Assembly (NCBI GenBank): GCA_041394745.1
Contig: JAWKHP010000014.1
Coordinates: 21,562-85,561 of the forward strand
Origin: Thermoanaerobaculia bacterium
GTDB taxonomy: Bacteria > Acidobacteriota > Thermoanaerobaculia > Multivoradales > JAHEKO01
Direction: 5' to 3'
Length of the DNA: 64,000 nucleotides
Shown: piece by piece, positions 41,001 through 51,341 of the stretch
How the letters are laid out: every line of letters starts with the position of its first letter
How positions within the stretch are numbered: position 1 is the first letter of the stretch
Program-made: the position numbers and the translations under genes
The notes under the pieces: generated by a model
What the model was told of the DNA's origin: nothing
Database searches by the model: none
Seen by the model: only the letters and a program-made list of their open reading frames with translations

Positions 41001-41329
41001 TCGACGGCGACGTGAGGGCGCTCGAGCAGCGTCTCGCGGACCTGCGCCGGCAGCTCTCGGGCAGCGAGGTCAAGGGCGACTACAACCAACCGGACCGGCC
41101 TTCGATCTCCGACCGCATCCAAACCGCCTTTCTCGGGGTCGGCTTCTCCGACTACGGTCCCACCCCGACCCACCGCCGGACACTCGAGATCGCTCAGGGC
41201 CAGCTCGCCTCGCTGCGCGACGCGCTCGACCGCCTGATCAACCAGGATCTCGCCGCGCTCGAGGCCCGCGCCGAGGCGGCCGGCGTCCCCTGGTCCCCGG
41301 GCCGGGGCGTCCCCCGGTGGCAGCCGTGA
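38060..41329 (+). pseudogene. Secreted BNR/Asp-box, sortilin-VPS10-like double-propeller protein with one in-frame TGA.
   Basis: ORFs 37868..39718 and 39731..41329 are in the same frame, separated only by TGA at 39716-39718. Repeated S.DGG.(S/T)W Asp-boxes. Signal peptide MSARELAGVTLGVVLVAGAVRA from the ATG at 38060. Confidence 0.85.
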
Positions 41330-41402
41330 CCTCCGCTCTCGCCGCACTCCTGGTCGCCCTCGCGGCCGCCGGGAGCGGGCCCGCGCGCGAGCTGGCGGGC
41401 TG

Positions 41403-42785
41403 GTGGCGGGCCGAGCCGGAGCACGAGGGCGCTCGACCGTGCTCTCCCTGCACCTCGAGCCCGGAGAGGCCGACGAGCTGAAGGCGACTCTCGTCCTGGC
41501 CGGCGAGCTCGGTCGCATTCCCCTGGGTCCCGCGAGGGTGACACCGGAGGGCCTGGAGATCGCGGGACTGAGGCTCGCCTGCGAAGACGAGTGCACGGCT
41601 CTCGTCGGGGTCCTGCCACGCGCCCTCGTGCCGCTCTACGACGTCCCCGTCCGCTTCGAGCGCTCGGGCCCGCCGGAGGAGGCCCCCCCGACCGCCGCTC
41701 CCCAGGCTCCACCTCCGGCGTGGACCGCCGAGGTCGGGGGCGCGGTGTGGGCGCCGCTCGGCGTCGACGAGACGCGCGAGCTGCTCTTCGTCGCCACCGA
41801 CTCCGGATCGCTGTGGGCCCTCTCGGCCCGCGACGGCTCCACGACGTGGAAGCGCGACCTCGCGTCCGCGGTGCGCGCCGCCCCGACGCTCGACGGCGAC
41901 TCGCTCCTCGTCCACACCGACGGGGAGACGATCCACCGCCTCGACGCCGCCACCGGTGAGGCGATCTGGAGCCGCGAGCTGGGCGTCGAGCCGACAGAGC
42001 GCCTCGGGCCGGACGCTCCGGGCGCCCCTTGGGACTTCTACGCCTCGGCCGTCGCCGCGACCCCGGAGCGGCTCTTCGTCGGCACCCGGGCCGGGACGGT
42101 GCACGCCCTCTCGGCCGCCGATGGAGCCGAGCTCTGGCGCACCGACGCCGGCGCGGCGGTGACCGCGACTCCGCTCGCCCTCACCGACCGCATCGTCGTC
42201 GCGACCCTCGGGGGGCGCGTGCTCGCTCTCGACCCGGCCGACGGCAGGGTGCTCTGGGACCGCGACCTCGGCGGCGGCATCCCGGCCGATCCCGTGATGG
42301 TCGACGGCCGCATCTGGGTCGGCACCCGCGCCTACGAGATCCAGGCGCTCGACCCCGCCGACGGCGCGACGGCGTGGACCCGGTATCTCTGGTTCTCGTG
42401 GGTCGACTCCTCGCCGACCGTGCGCGACGGCGTGGCCTACTCGGGGTCCTCCGACGCCCTCGAGGTGCTCGCCCTCGATCCGGCGCACGGCTCCTCCCTC
42501 TGGGAAGCCTCGGTACCGGGCTGGGCGTGGGCGACCCCGGCCGTCACGGCGAGTACCGTCGTCGCCGGCACGGTGGGGACGGAGGGCTACATGGGACCCC
42601 GGCGCGGCAGTCTCTCGGCGCTCGACCGCGAGTCCGGGGCGCTGCGCTGGAGGCTGCAGCTGCCGCCGCCGGCCGAGGGCGGGTTCTGGGGCATCGCGTC
42701 GGCTCCGGCGGTGCTCGGCGAGCGCCTCTTCGCGGCCACCCTGGACGGAACCGTCCTCTGCTTCGGCCCGTCCGACCCCCGGTAG
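41403..42785 (+). CDS. PQQ-like (BamB-type) beta-propeller repeat protein.
   Basis: ORF 41403..42785 with repeated G.(L/V).ALDA.(D/T)G...W motifs. A signal-like N-terminus (VTSALAALLVALAAAG) starts at the GTG at 41326, overlapping the upstream stop (GTGA), but sits in another frame. This implies one indel near 41430. Confidence 0.75.
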   Translation: MAGRAGARGRSTVLSLHLEPGEADELKATLVLAGELGRIPLGPARVTPEGLEIAGLRLACEDECTALVGVLPRALVPLYDVPVRFERSGPPEEAPPTAAPQAPPPAWTAEVGGAVWAPLGVDETRELLFVATDSGSLWALSARDGSTTWKRDLASAVRAAPTLDGDSLLVHTDGETIHRLDAATGEAIWSRELGVEPTERLGPDAPGAPWDFYASAVAATPERLFVGTRAGTVHALSAADGAELWRTDAGAAVTATPLALTDRIVVATLGGRVLALDPADGRVLWDRDLGGGIPADPVMVDGRIWVGTRAYEIQALDPADGATAWTRYLWFSWVDSSPTVRDGVAYSGSSDALEVLALDPAHGSSLWEASVPGWAWATPAVTASTVVAGTVGTEGYMGPRRGSLSALDRESGALRWRLQLPPPAEGGFWGIASAPAVLGERLFAATLDGTVLCFGPSDPR

Positions 42786-42795
42786 ACTCCCGACC

Positions 42796-44328
42796 ATGAC
42801 TCGCGTTCACCGGTCCGCCCTGCTCCTCGCCCTCCTCCTCGCTCTCCCCTCGACCGTCCGGTCCGACGACGGCGAACCGACGATGGAGAACGAGAAGGCT
42901 CCGATCCCCGAGCCCCACCGCTTCGTCACCCACCACACCGGCACCTTCGGCGGTCGCACCGTGCGCTACACGGCGACGGCCGGCGAGACCTACCTGCGCG
43001 ACGACGACGGCAAGCCGACGGCGAGCGTCTTCACCTTCGCCTACGACGAAGACGGGCTCGAGGACCCGACGACGCGCCCCGTGACCTTCGTCTGGAACGG
43101 CGGGCCGGGGTCGGCCTCGGTCTGGCTCCACATGGGCACCTTCGGGCCGCGCCGGGTCGTGGTGCCGAGCGACGCCTCCGACGACGGCGCGCCGCCCTAC
43201 CCGGTGGAGGAGAACACGGCGACCATCCTCGACGTCACCGATCTGGTGTTCGTCGACCCGGTCGGAACCGGCTTCAGCCGGCCGCTCGGCGAGCACGAAG
43301 GCAAGGAGTTCTGGGGGCTGGACGAGGACGCCTCCTCGATCGCCCAACTGATCCGCCTCTGGGTCACCGAGAACGGCCGCTGGGCCTCGCCCAAGTACCT
43401 GCTGGGCGAGAGCTTCGGCACGACCCGCGCCGCGGCGGTCGCCGGCTACCTCGAGAGCGGTCGCGAGGACATGAGCCTCAACGGCCTGGTGCTCATCTCC
43501 CAGGCCCTCGACTACACCGGCTCGACGCCGGAACCGGACAACATCCTGGCCTTCGTCTCCTATCTGCCGACCATGGCCGCCACGGCGCGGTACCACGGCA
43601 GGGTCGCGGAGCCCGGCACCGACCTCGAGAGCTTCCTGGCCGAGGTACGCCGGTTCGCGACCGACGAGTACGCGCCGGCCCTGCTCATGGGAAGCGACCT
43701 CCCGGCCGAGCGCCGCGCCGAGATCGCCGAGCGGCTCGCCGCCTACACGGGCCTCTCGCGCGAGTACGTCGAGCGCGCCGACCTCAAGGTCCTGGCCTGG
43801 CGGTTCCTCAAGGAGCTGCTGCGTGACGAAGGCGTGGCGATCGGGCGGCTCGACGGGCGCTACGAGGGCGACGACATCGACGACACCGACGTCGAGCCGG
43901 ACGGCGATCCGTCGAGCTACGGCATCGACGGCGCCTTCAACGCGGCCTTCCACGACTACATCCGGCGCGAGCTCGACGTCGACATGGAAGGCCGGCCCTA
44001 CCACGTCTCCGGAGGCGTCGAGAGCTGGAACTGGCGCACCGTGCCGGAGGGCGGCTACTGGGAGCCCTCGTACGTCGACACCGCCCCCGCCCTGGCCCGG
44101 GCGATGCGGCGCAATCCCGAGCTCCGGGTGATGGTGGCCAACGGGTACTACGACTTCGCCACCCCGTTCTTCGACGCCGAGATCACGTTCCGGCGCCACG
44201 GCATCGCCACCGATCGGGTCGAGATGCACTACTACGAGGCGGGCCACATGATGTACATCCACGACCCGTCGCGGCAGCGGCTGATGGACGACGTGCGGCG
44301 CTTCTACGGCGAGTCCTCGACGCCCTGA
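42796..44328 (+). CDS. Secreted serine carboxypeptidase, peptidase S10 family.
   Basis: ORF 42796..44328, intact. Signal peptide, WNGGPGSAS, and the GESFG nucleophile motif (LLGESFGTTR). Confidence 0.9.
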   Translation: MTRVHRSALLLALLLALPSTVRSDDGEPTMENEKAPIPEPHRFVTHHTGTFGGRTVRYTATAGETYLRDDDGKPTASVFTFAYDEDGLEDPTTRPVTFVWNGGPGSASVWLHMGTFGPRRVVVPSDASDDGAPPYPVEENTATILDVTDLVFVDPVGTGFSRPLGEHEGKEFWGLDEDASSIAQLIRLWVTENGRWASPKYLLGESFGTTRAAAVAGYLESGREDMSLNGLVLISQALDYTGSTPEPDNILAFVSYLPTMAATARYHGRVAEPGTDLESFLAEVRRFATDEYAPALLMGSDLPAERRAEIAERLAAYTGLSREYVERADLKVLAWRFLKELLRDEGVAIGRLDGRYEGDDIDDTDVEPDGDPSSYGIDGAFNAAFHDYIRRELDVDMEGRPYHVSGGVESWNWRTVPEGGYWEPSYVDTAPALARAMRRNPELRVMVANGYYDFATPFFDAEITFRRHGIATDRVEMHYYEAGHMMYIHDPSRQRLMDDVRRFYGESSTP

Positions 44329-45249
44329 GCGGGTGCGGGTCGCCCCCCGCCGAGCCGCAAGCCGCGAACCAACGCCTCCAGCTCACCCATGCTCCGTCCG
44401 ACGAAAACGTGTCGGGCCGGGGGGACCGCGAGCTCGTCGACGGCTTCGCCTCCGACCACCAGGACCCCGCCTCTTGCGGCCACGAGCCGGGCGAGCGCCG
44501 CGAGCTCCCGAGATCGACCCTCTGCGTCGTCCACATGGGAGACGCTCACCCAGACGAGATCGGCGTCCATCGCTTCCACGGCGTGGGACAGCGCCGCGAC
44601 GGGGGTCGTCGCCCCCAGATTCACCGCCGAGACACCCTCCGCTTCGAGGACCAGGGCCACGGCGAGAGTCGGTAGCAGATAGGGATCGCCCTCGAGTCCG
44701 CCTCCTACCGCCAGCGTCTTCCCCTCCGGCGGAGGAAGACAGGCCCGTAGCGCGTTGAGTCCCTGCAAGGCCATCTCCGTGGCCCGATGCTCGACGACGA
44801 CGCCGTCGATACCCTCGCGCCAGAGACAGCCGATCCGCGTCATCGCCTCGCGCAGGGGGTGATCGACGATCCAGGCCGGCGAGCGCTGGCCCAGGTAGAG
44901 GGAGAGGAACAGGCCGCGCACCTCGCGCACGTCGCCGTCGACGAGCGCCCGGTGCACCGTCTCGGCCTCGTCCTCGCGATCCCCGGAGTGAGCGCCGCCA
45001 GCTCGACGAGCCCTAGGGCCGTCAGGCTGGACGAGGTCGACGTGCGCGGTCCGGATGAACCGGATCGCCTCGCTCACGGCAATGCAGCCGATGGCCGCCC
45101 GCGGCGCGGGCGGCGGTGATGCGCCCGTCGTCCACCCACCGCTTGACGGACGATTCGCTCACCCCGACGGCATCGGCCAACCGGCGCGGGCTGACGTGAT
45201 CACCCGCTAGTGGCGACTGTTTTGGACGATTGGACATTGGCAGGATCAT
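44304..45249 (-). pseudogene. CarH/LitR-like regulator: excisionase/MerR-type HTH plus B12-binding_2 and B12-binding domains, one frameshift.
   Basis: ORF 45022..45249 carries the HTH (LADAVGVSESSVKRWVDDGRI). ORF 44304..45077 carries the helical bundle (IGCLWREGIDGVVVEHRAT) and a Rossmann B12-like domain. Frame change at ~45075. The start could be 45249 or 45237. Confidence 0.75.
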
Positions 45250-45380
45250 GTTCCAACCTCCACTCAGGTCAAGCCGGAACGAATCGAACCCCGCCTATGC
45301 TCACACGGAACGGCTCGAGCTCGAGGCGCCCCTTGACCGGGATGAACGTTTTCGTCTACGTCGGTGAACGGTATGAACGC
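45195..45380. promoter_or_regulatory. Low-GC divergent control region between the regulator and the carotenoid genes, with short direct repeats.
   Basis: TGGAC-gat-TGGAC-at-TGGCA at ~45223-45243. GGAACG at 45276 and 45307. TGAACG at 45343, 45365 and 45374. TTGACC at ~45333. Confidence 0.3.
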
Positions 45381-45919
45381 TCGATCCTGCCTCCTCCTCC
45401 TCTCGCTCGTCGCGGCCCCTGCCGGGCGCGCCGTCGTCGACCTCCCGTCGCGGCCGGACACGCCTCCGCTCCCCGCCTTCGAGCTCCAGGATCAGAACGG
45501 CGCCACCGTTCGCGGCGCCGAGTTGCTCGGCCATCTGCGGTGCTGGTCGAAGCCGACCGGCGCGGCCGGGACGAGTCGGCCGGTGGTCGCAGGCACTCCT
45601 GCGCGCGCTACGCTCCCGCCCCGCCTCCGTCGACGTGCGGCTCCTGCGCGTCGCCGATCTCACCTCGGTTCCGCCCGGGGCCCGCCCTTCGCGCGACGCC
45701 TCGTCCGCGACGCCTACGACGTGCCCCTCCTGCTCGACTGGGACGGAGTCCTCGCGGACACGTTCAGCTTCGCGCTGGGGCTGGCCAACGTCCTCGTCTT
45801 CGACACCGACGGAACGCTGGCCGAGCGGCACGCGGGGCCGCCGCCCACGGACGGGCGGGTCGGCGCCCTGGTCGACCGCCTGCTCGACGGCACCCGGACC
45901 TCGCAGAGGGACACGATGA
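45373..45919 (+). pseudogene. Small secreted thioredoxin-fold-like protein (no CxxC seen), frameshifted; the 3' end is uncertain.
   Basis: ATG at 45373 gives MNARSCLLLLSLVAAPAGRA. FELQDQNGATVRGAELLGH and VPLLLDWDGVLADTF...VLVFDTDGTL are readable, with a compensated out-of-frame stretch at ~45535-45690. Confidence 0.4.
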
Positions 45920-45936
45920 ACGTCCTCGGCCCCCGC

Positions 45937-47493
45937 ATGACGGCCGCCCCGGGTCGTCGTCGTGGAGCCGGCCCGGCGGCCTGGCCAGCGCGATGCTGCT
46001 CGCCTCGGCCGGGCGGACGTGATGGTGGCCGAGCGGCGCGACCGGGAGTGGGCGGCCGCACCTCGACTTTCCAGGGCGGCGGCTTCACGTTCGATCTCGG
46101 CCCGACCTTCTTCCTCTACCCGCAGGTCTTGCGCTCGATCTTCGCGATGTGCGGCCGCTCGCTGGATCGACGAGGTGGAGCTCCTGCCCCTGACCCGCAC
46201 TACCGGCTGGTCTTCGAGGGTTCGGGCTCCTCGAGGTCACGGCCGATCTGGACCGGATGCGTCGCGAGGTCGCTCGCTTCTCGACCGCCGACGCCGCTCG
46301 GCTCGAGAGAGCTTCATGGAGGACAACCGCCGCAAGCTCGCCGCCTTCAAGCCGGTGCTCGAGTCCCCGTTCTCCGGCTGGAGCGACCTGCTGCGCCGTG
46401 ACCTGCTGGCCACCCTGCCCCCCTGTTGCGGCCTTGGGCGAGCGTCGAGTCCGACTCCGCAGGCACTTCGAGGATCCCCGTGTCCGGTTGGCGTTCTGGT
46501 TTCCAGAGCAAGTACCTCGGGATGTCGCCCTTCCAGTGCCCGGAGTCTCACCATCCTCTCGTTCCTCGAGTACGAAGCACGGAGTGTTCCACCCTCGCGG
46601 CGGCTGCGGCGCGGTCTCGGAAGCGATGGCGGACGCAGCCACGGAGCCAGTGCCGAGATCCGCTTGGGAGAACCCGTCGAGCGCATTCGCTTCGACGGTC
46701 AAGGAGCCGTCGTCGAGACCGCACGCGGTCGCCTCGAGCTCGACGCCCTGTCGTCAACGCCGACTTCGGCGGCGACGCGATGCAGCGCCTGGTCCCGGAC
46801 CGACTGTGCCGCCGCTGGTCGGATCGGGCGCTCGCGTCCAAGCGCTACTCGTGCTCGACCTTCATGCTCTACCTCGGCATCGACGGACCCCTGCCTCAGA
46901 TCCCGCACCACACGATCCACCTCGCCTCCGACTACCGCGAGCATCTGAACGACATCGAGCGCGACCATCGCCTGTCGGAGAACCCGTCCTCTACGTGCAG
47001 AACGCCAGCGCCACCGATCCCACCCTGGCGCCGCCGGGAGCCAGCGCGCTCTACGTCCTCGTGCCGGTCAGCCACCAGCACCTGGGCATCGACTGGACAT
47101 GGGAGGCACGCCTTCTACCGCGACCTGATCCTGCGCCGACTCGCCAAGATCGGCCTCGAGGGTCTCGGAGAGGTCGCATCCGCTGGGAGCGCATCGTGAC
47201 ACCCGACGATTGGCGGGCACAGCGCATCTACCGGGGCGCCACGTTCAACCTCGCGCAACCCTCGGCCAGATGCTCCACTTGCGGCCGCAGAACCGCTTCG
47301 AGGAGCTCGAGAGCGTCTACCTGGTGGGCGGCGGCACCTACCCGGGGAGCGGCCTTGCCGGTCATCTACGAGTCGGCCTGGCATCATTCTCAGTTCGATC
47401 GCCGACGATCCTCGCCTTGCCGCGCAGGTGGCGCAAGGCCGACGACGACACCCCGGCGGAGCGCGGCGAGCGTCCGCTGGCGAGGACCGCTGA
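45937..47493 (+). pseudogene. Phytoene/diapophytoene desaturase family FAD oxidoreductase (CrtI/CrtN-like), heavily frameshifted.
   Basis: Readable across frames: VVVVGAGPGGLASAMLLASAGRDVMVAERRDRVGGR, FTFDLGPTFF, GVFHPRGGCGAVSEAMA, RYSCSTFMLYLGIDG, LYVQNASATDPTLAPPG, VYLVGGGTYPGSGLPV. Fragments lie in ORFs 45364.., 45962.., 46257.., 46426.. and 47210... Boundaries are approximate. Confidence 0.75.
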
Positions 47494-48936
47494 GCGAGGC
47501 GGAGCCTGTCCTCCGCGCACGGCTCGCCGCCATGCGGACGGCGCAGACGCGGTGGCGTGCCCTCTCGTCCGCGAGAGGTTGGCGCCGGTTCGACGGGCTG
47601 CGGCACCGCATCGCCCACGACGCCGAGACGCTGGCCGCCGCCGTCTCCATCCACGCCGGGGTACCGGCGAGACGCTCGTCTCGGAAGTGCTCCTCTCGCC
47701 GAAGCGTGCCGCTTCCTCGAGCGCAACGCCGCCTCGCTGCTGGCGGCGCGTCGCTCGGCGCCGGGCGCCTCTTCTGGCTGCCGGGGCCTCCGGTCGGGTC
47801 CTGGCGTGGAGCCTCGGGGCGTCGTGCTGGTTCTCGGACCGTCGAACTATCCTCCTGATCCCGGCGATCCAGACGCTGCAGGCCCTGACTGCCGGCAACG
47901 CCGTTCTCTGGAAGCCCGGGCGCGCCGGGGCCGCGCGTGCGCCGCGAGCCTCGCCGGCATGCTATGGGATGCGGGTCTTCCGGCCGAACTGCTGGCCGTC
48001 CTGCACGAGGAGATCGACTGGGGGCTGAACGCCATCGAGCAGGGCGTGGATAAGGTCGTCGTGACCGGCTCCGGAGCGACCGGACGGCGGTGCTGATCAT
48101 CTGGTCGACGGCGTGATTCCGGCCTGCCTGGAGCTCTCGGGGTGCGACGCCGTGTTCCTCCGGCCCGAGGCCGATCCTGTGGTCGCGGCCGCCGGTATCG
48201 CCTTCGGCCTGACCTTCAACGGCGGCGCGACGTGCATGGCTCCCCGTCGCGCGGGCCCGTGCCCGAGCCGCTGCAAGAGCCTCGAGCGCGAGCTGGCCCG
48301 ACGCCTGACCGCCGCCCCCCGACGACGCTCACGCGGGAGGAGTCGGCCGATCTGCGCGAGGGCCTCGAGGAAGCCCTGGCCGCCGGGGCCTGGCATCGTA
48401 GCCGGTGCGCCTGCGCGGGCTCCGGTGTAGTCCCCGTCCCCGCCGACGCGCACCCCGGCTGCGGTTGTTGCGACGGCTCCATGATGCCGGTCAGCTTGCC
48501 CCGTCACGGTGCGCGACGAGGAGGAGGCGCTCGGGCTCGCCGCCGAGTGCCCGTTGGAAGCCGAGCGCGACGCTCTTCGGCGACGAGGAGCCCTGTCGTC
48601 GCATGGCCGAGCGCGTCGAAGCGGGCGTCGTCGTGATCAACGACGTGATCGTTCCCACTGCGGATCCACGCGTGTCCCGTTCGGCGGTCGCGGGCCAGCG
48701 GCTACGGCACCCGGGCGGCGCCGAAGGGCTGATCGAGATGACGTGGCCCAAGGCCGTGATCGCCCGTCGCGGCCGGCCGGCGGCCGCACTCGAGCGACCG
48801 GCGCCCCCGCCCTGTCGCTCGCCCTGCTGGCCGCCCTCCATGCCCGGACGCTGTCCGACCGCCTGCGGGGCTGGCGCGGCGTCCTGATCGAGCCCGGCGC
48901 CTCGCCCGGCGCTCCCCCGAGGAGAGACTGCGATGA
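47490..48936 (+). pseudogene. Aldehyde dehydrogenase family protein, heavily frameshifted.
   Basis: Readable: EACRFLERNAASLL, GVVLVLGPSNYP..IPAIQTLQALTAGNAVLWKPG, VDKVVVTGSGATGR, LELSGCDAVF, FNGGATCMAPRR (catalytic Cys context), VVVINDVIVPTADPR. The probable stop overlaps the next ATG (ATGA at 48933-48936). The start is approximate. Confidence 0.7.
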
Positions 48937-50480
48937 ACGGCGTCTCCGCCCCCTTCTCCGATCGCGTCGCCGTCATCGGCTTCGGCCTCGGCGGCCTCGC
49001 CGCCGCATGCACCCTCGCCGCCCGCGGCTACGCGGTCACGCGCTGTTCGAGAAGAACCCTGGCCTGGCGGCAGCCGCGGTGCTCGGCCGACGGGTTCCGC
49101 TTCGACATGGGCCTCCACGATCCTCACCGTGCCGAGCGTCCTCGAACGGATCTTCGCCGAGGCCGGGCGCTCCTTGCCGACGAGCGGCGCTGGTGCGCCT
49201 CGATCCCCAGTGGCGCAGCTTCTTCGACGACGGTACCGTCCTCGACCCGCACGAGGACGAGGACGCCACGGCCGGTGCCATCGCGCGGTTCGCCGGGGTC
49301 CGAGACGCGGAGGGATACCGGGATCTCCTCGCCCTCGCCGAGCGGCTGCACGACATCTCGGACCGCTTCTTCTCTGAAGAGCGTCGAGTCGGTGGCCGAC
49401 ACGCTGGACTGGAGAGCGAGTTTCCCTGGCGACGCTGGCCGACCTGGCGACCCTGCGCCTGGGCCGTTCCGTCGCCTCCACGATCCGCGCCCGGGTGCGG
49501 GACCCGCGCGTGGCTCAGGCTCGACCACTTCACGCAGTACGTGGGCCTTCGCCCTCCTGCTCGCCAGGCCGTGCTCTGCGGCATCGCGCACATGCAGACG
49601 GACGGCGGCGTCTGGTATCCGCGCGGGACGCGAGCCGCGCCCGAGGCCCCGGCCCGGCTGGCCCGGGAGCTCGGCGTCGACATCCGCACCGGGATCGGCG
49701 TGCGGCGCATCCTGCACCGCGACGATCGCGTCCACGGCCTCCAGACCGATCGGGAGAGACGCTTCGCCTCGGCGCCGTGGTGTCGAACATGGACTCGGTG
49801 CGCACCTACGACGAGCTGTGCGCGGCGAGCCGCCCGGCGCTTCGGGGCCCGCAACCGGTGGCGTCCCGCCTGCTCGGGAGTCGTGCTCTACCTCGGTCTC
49901 GACCGTGCCTACGACCACCTGGCACACCACGACTTCGTCTTCTCCCGCGATCCCGACGAGGAGTTCCACCTCGATCTACGAGCGGGGAGCCGCCCCCGAT
50001 CCGACCTGCTACCTGGCGGGCACCGGCGCGCACCGAGCCGGGCGTGGCACCGCCGGGAGGAGAGGCGCTCTACGTTCTGGTTCACGCTGCCCTGCGGCCG
50101 GGGCACGCCTGGCGGAGATGCCTCGCGCCATCGCCGGGTCATCCTGGACAAGCTCGTCTGGACGGCGGGGCCCGACGATCTCGAGAGCCGCATCAACCAC
50201 GAGAGCGTCCCCCCACACCGCCTGACATCCATCGGCGCCACCGCGTGCTGACGGAGCGATCTACGGGCTCGCCAGTCACGGGCTGCTCCGTGGCGCTTCA
50301 AGCCGGGGAACCGGAGTCGCGACGGAGGGCCTGTACCTCTGCGGCGGAGCCGCACATCCGGGGCTCCGCATGCCGATGGTCTTGATGTCCGGGTGGATCG
50401 CCGCGGACGCACCTCGGCGACCGGCCGGTCGCCGAGCGCCTGGCTCGCGGCCGCCGGCCGGCGAGCGGCCGAAGGAGACG
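48933..50480 (+). pseudogene. Second CrtI-family desaturase/oxidase (CrtP/CrtD-like), heavily frameshifted.
   Basis: ATG at 48933 follows GAGGAGAG. Readable: VAVIGFGLGGLAAACTLAARGYAVT, DGFRFDMG, LDHFTQYVG, GGVWYPRG, AVVSNMDSVRTYDEL, SGVVLYLGLDRAYDHLAHHDFVFS, GEALYVLVH, GLYLCGGAAHPGPGMPMVLMSGWIAA. No stop is recoverable at the 3' end. Confidence 0.75.
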
Positions 50481-51341
50481 ATGGCCGCACCTCCTCTCTC
50501 GGCCACGCGTCGCCCGGCGGCGGCCGCCTCGCGAGCCCGGCGACGGCCCCTCGTCGATCTGCCTCTTCTCGCCCCGGTCCCTCTCCCTGTTCCGTCTACC
50601 TGCGGCGCCACGCCCGCCGGCACTTCGCGGCGGTCAGGTCTCGCGGCGCGGCGTACCGGCGGAGGAGGTCGCACGGCCCGTCCTGGTCGTCTCCAACCAT
50701 CCCGGTTGGTGGGACCCTCCTCTTCATGCTGGTCGGGCCGGCCCCGCTGCCCGGGCGCGAAGGGTACGGCCCGATGGACTCGAGCCAGCTCGCCCGCTAC
50801 CCCTTCTCTTCCGCCGCTTCGGCGTCTTCGGCGTGGAGCCCGGCACGGTGGCTGGGGCGCGCGCCTTCCTCGAGATCGGGAGGCGGTCCGAAGCGCCTGC
50901 GGGCGAGCCTCTGGGTCACCGGGCAGGGTCGCTTCGCCGATCCGCGCTCGCGGCCCTGCGCCTCCGGCCCGGGTGGGACGGCTCCTCCACCGGTCCCGCG
51001 GCGTCGACCTCCTGCCGCTCGCCATCGAGTACCCGTTCTGGAACGAGCGCCGGCTCCCCGAGGCCCTCTCCTTCGGTCCTCCGGTGCCCGTCGACGAAGG
51101 CAGAGCCGCCCGCGGCGAGCTGGCGACAGGCCGTCGAGCGAGCTCTGGAAGCGGGAACAGGATCGTCTGGCCGGCGAGGCGATCGAGCGCGATCCGGCGC
51201 CTTCCTCGATCCGTGTCCGGAGCTCGGGAACTGGCGGCGTCTACGACCTCGCGCGCCGCGCTCCCGGGCAGGGCGGACCGACCGTTGAGCTCCCAGGCTC
51301 TCCCCGATCGTTCTCGCCCCGGCCGGGGTGTCGGCTCCTGA
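50481..51341 (+). pseudogene. PlsC-like (lysophospholipid) acyltransferase, frameshifted.
   Basis: ATG at 50481 follows GAAGGAG. Readable: VLVVSNHPGWWDPLLF (HX4D), LARYPF..RFGVFGVEPGT, LWVTGQGRFADPR, LLPLAIEYPFWNER, GGVYDLARR. The stop is either 51286-51288 or 51339-51341, depending on frame. Confidence 0.65.

Noticed and set aside
36857-41596. A 1579-aa ORF on the minus strand, the longest ORF in the track.
   Set aside because: It is antisense to three recognisable plus-strand genes (GT39/TPR, BNR/sortilin-like, PQQ). Its translation is low-complexity R/G/A/P/V/E-rich with no motifs. This is a stop-poor antisense frame typical of very GC-rich DNA.
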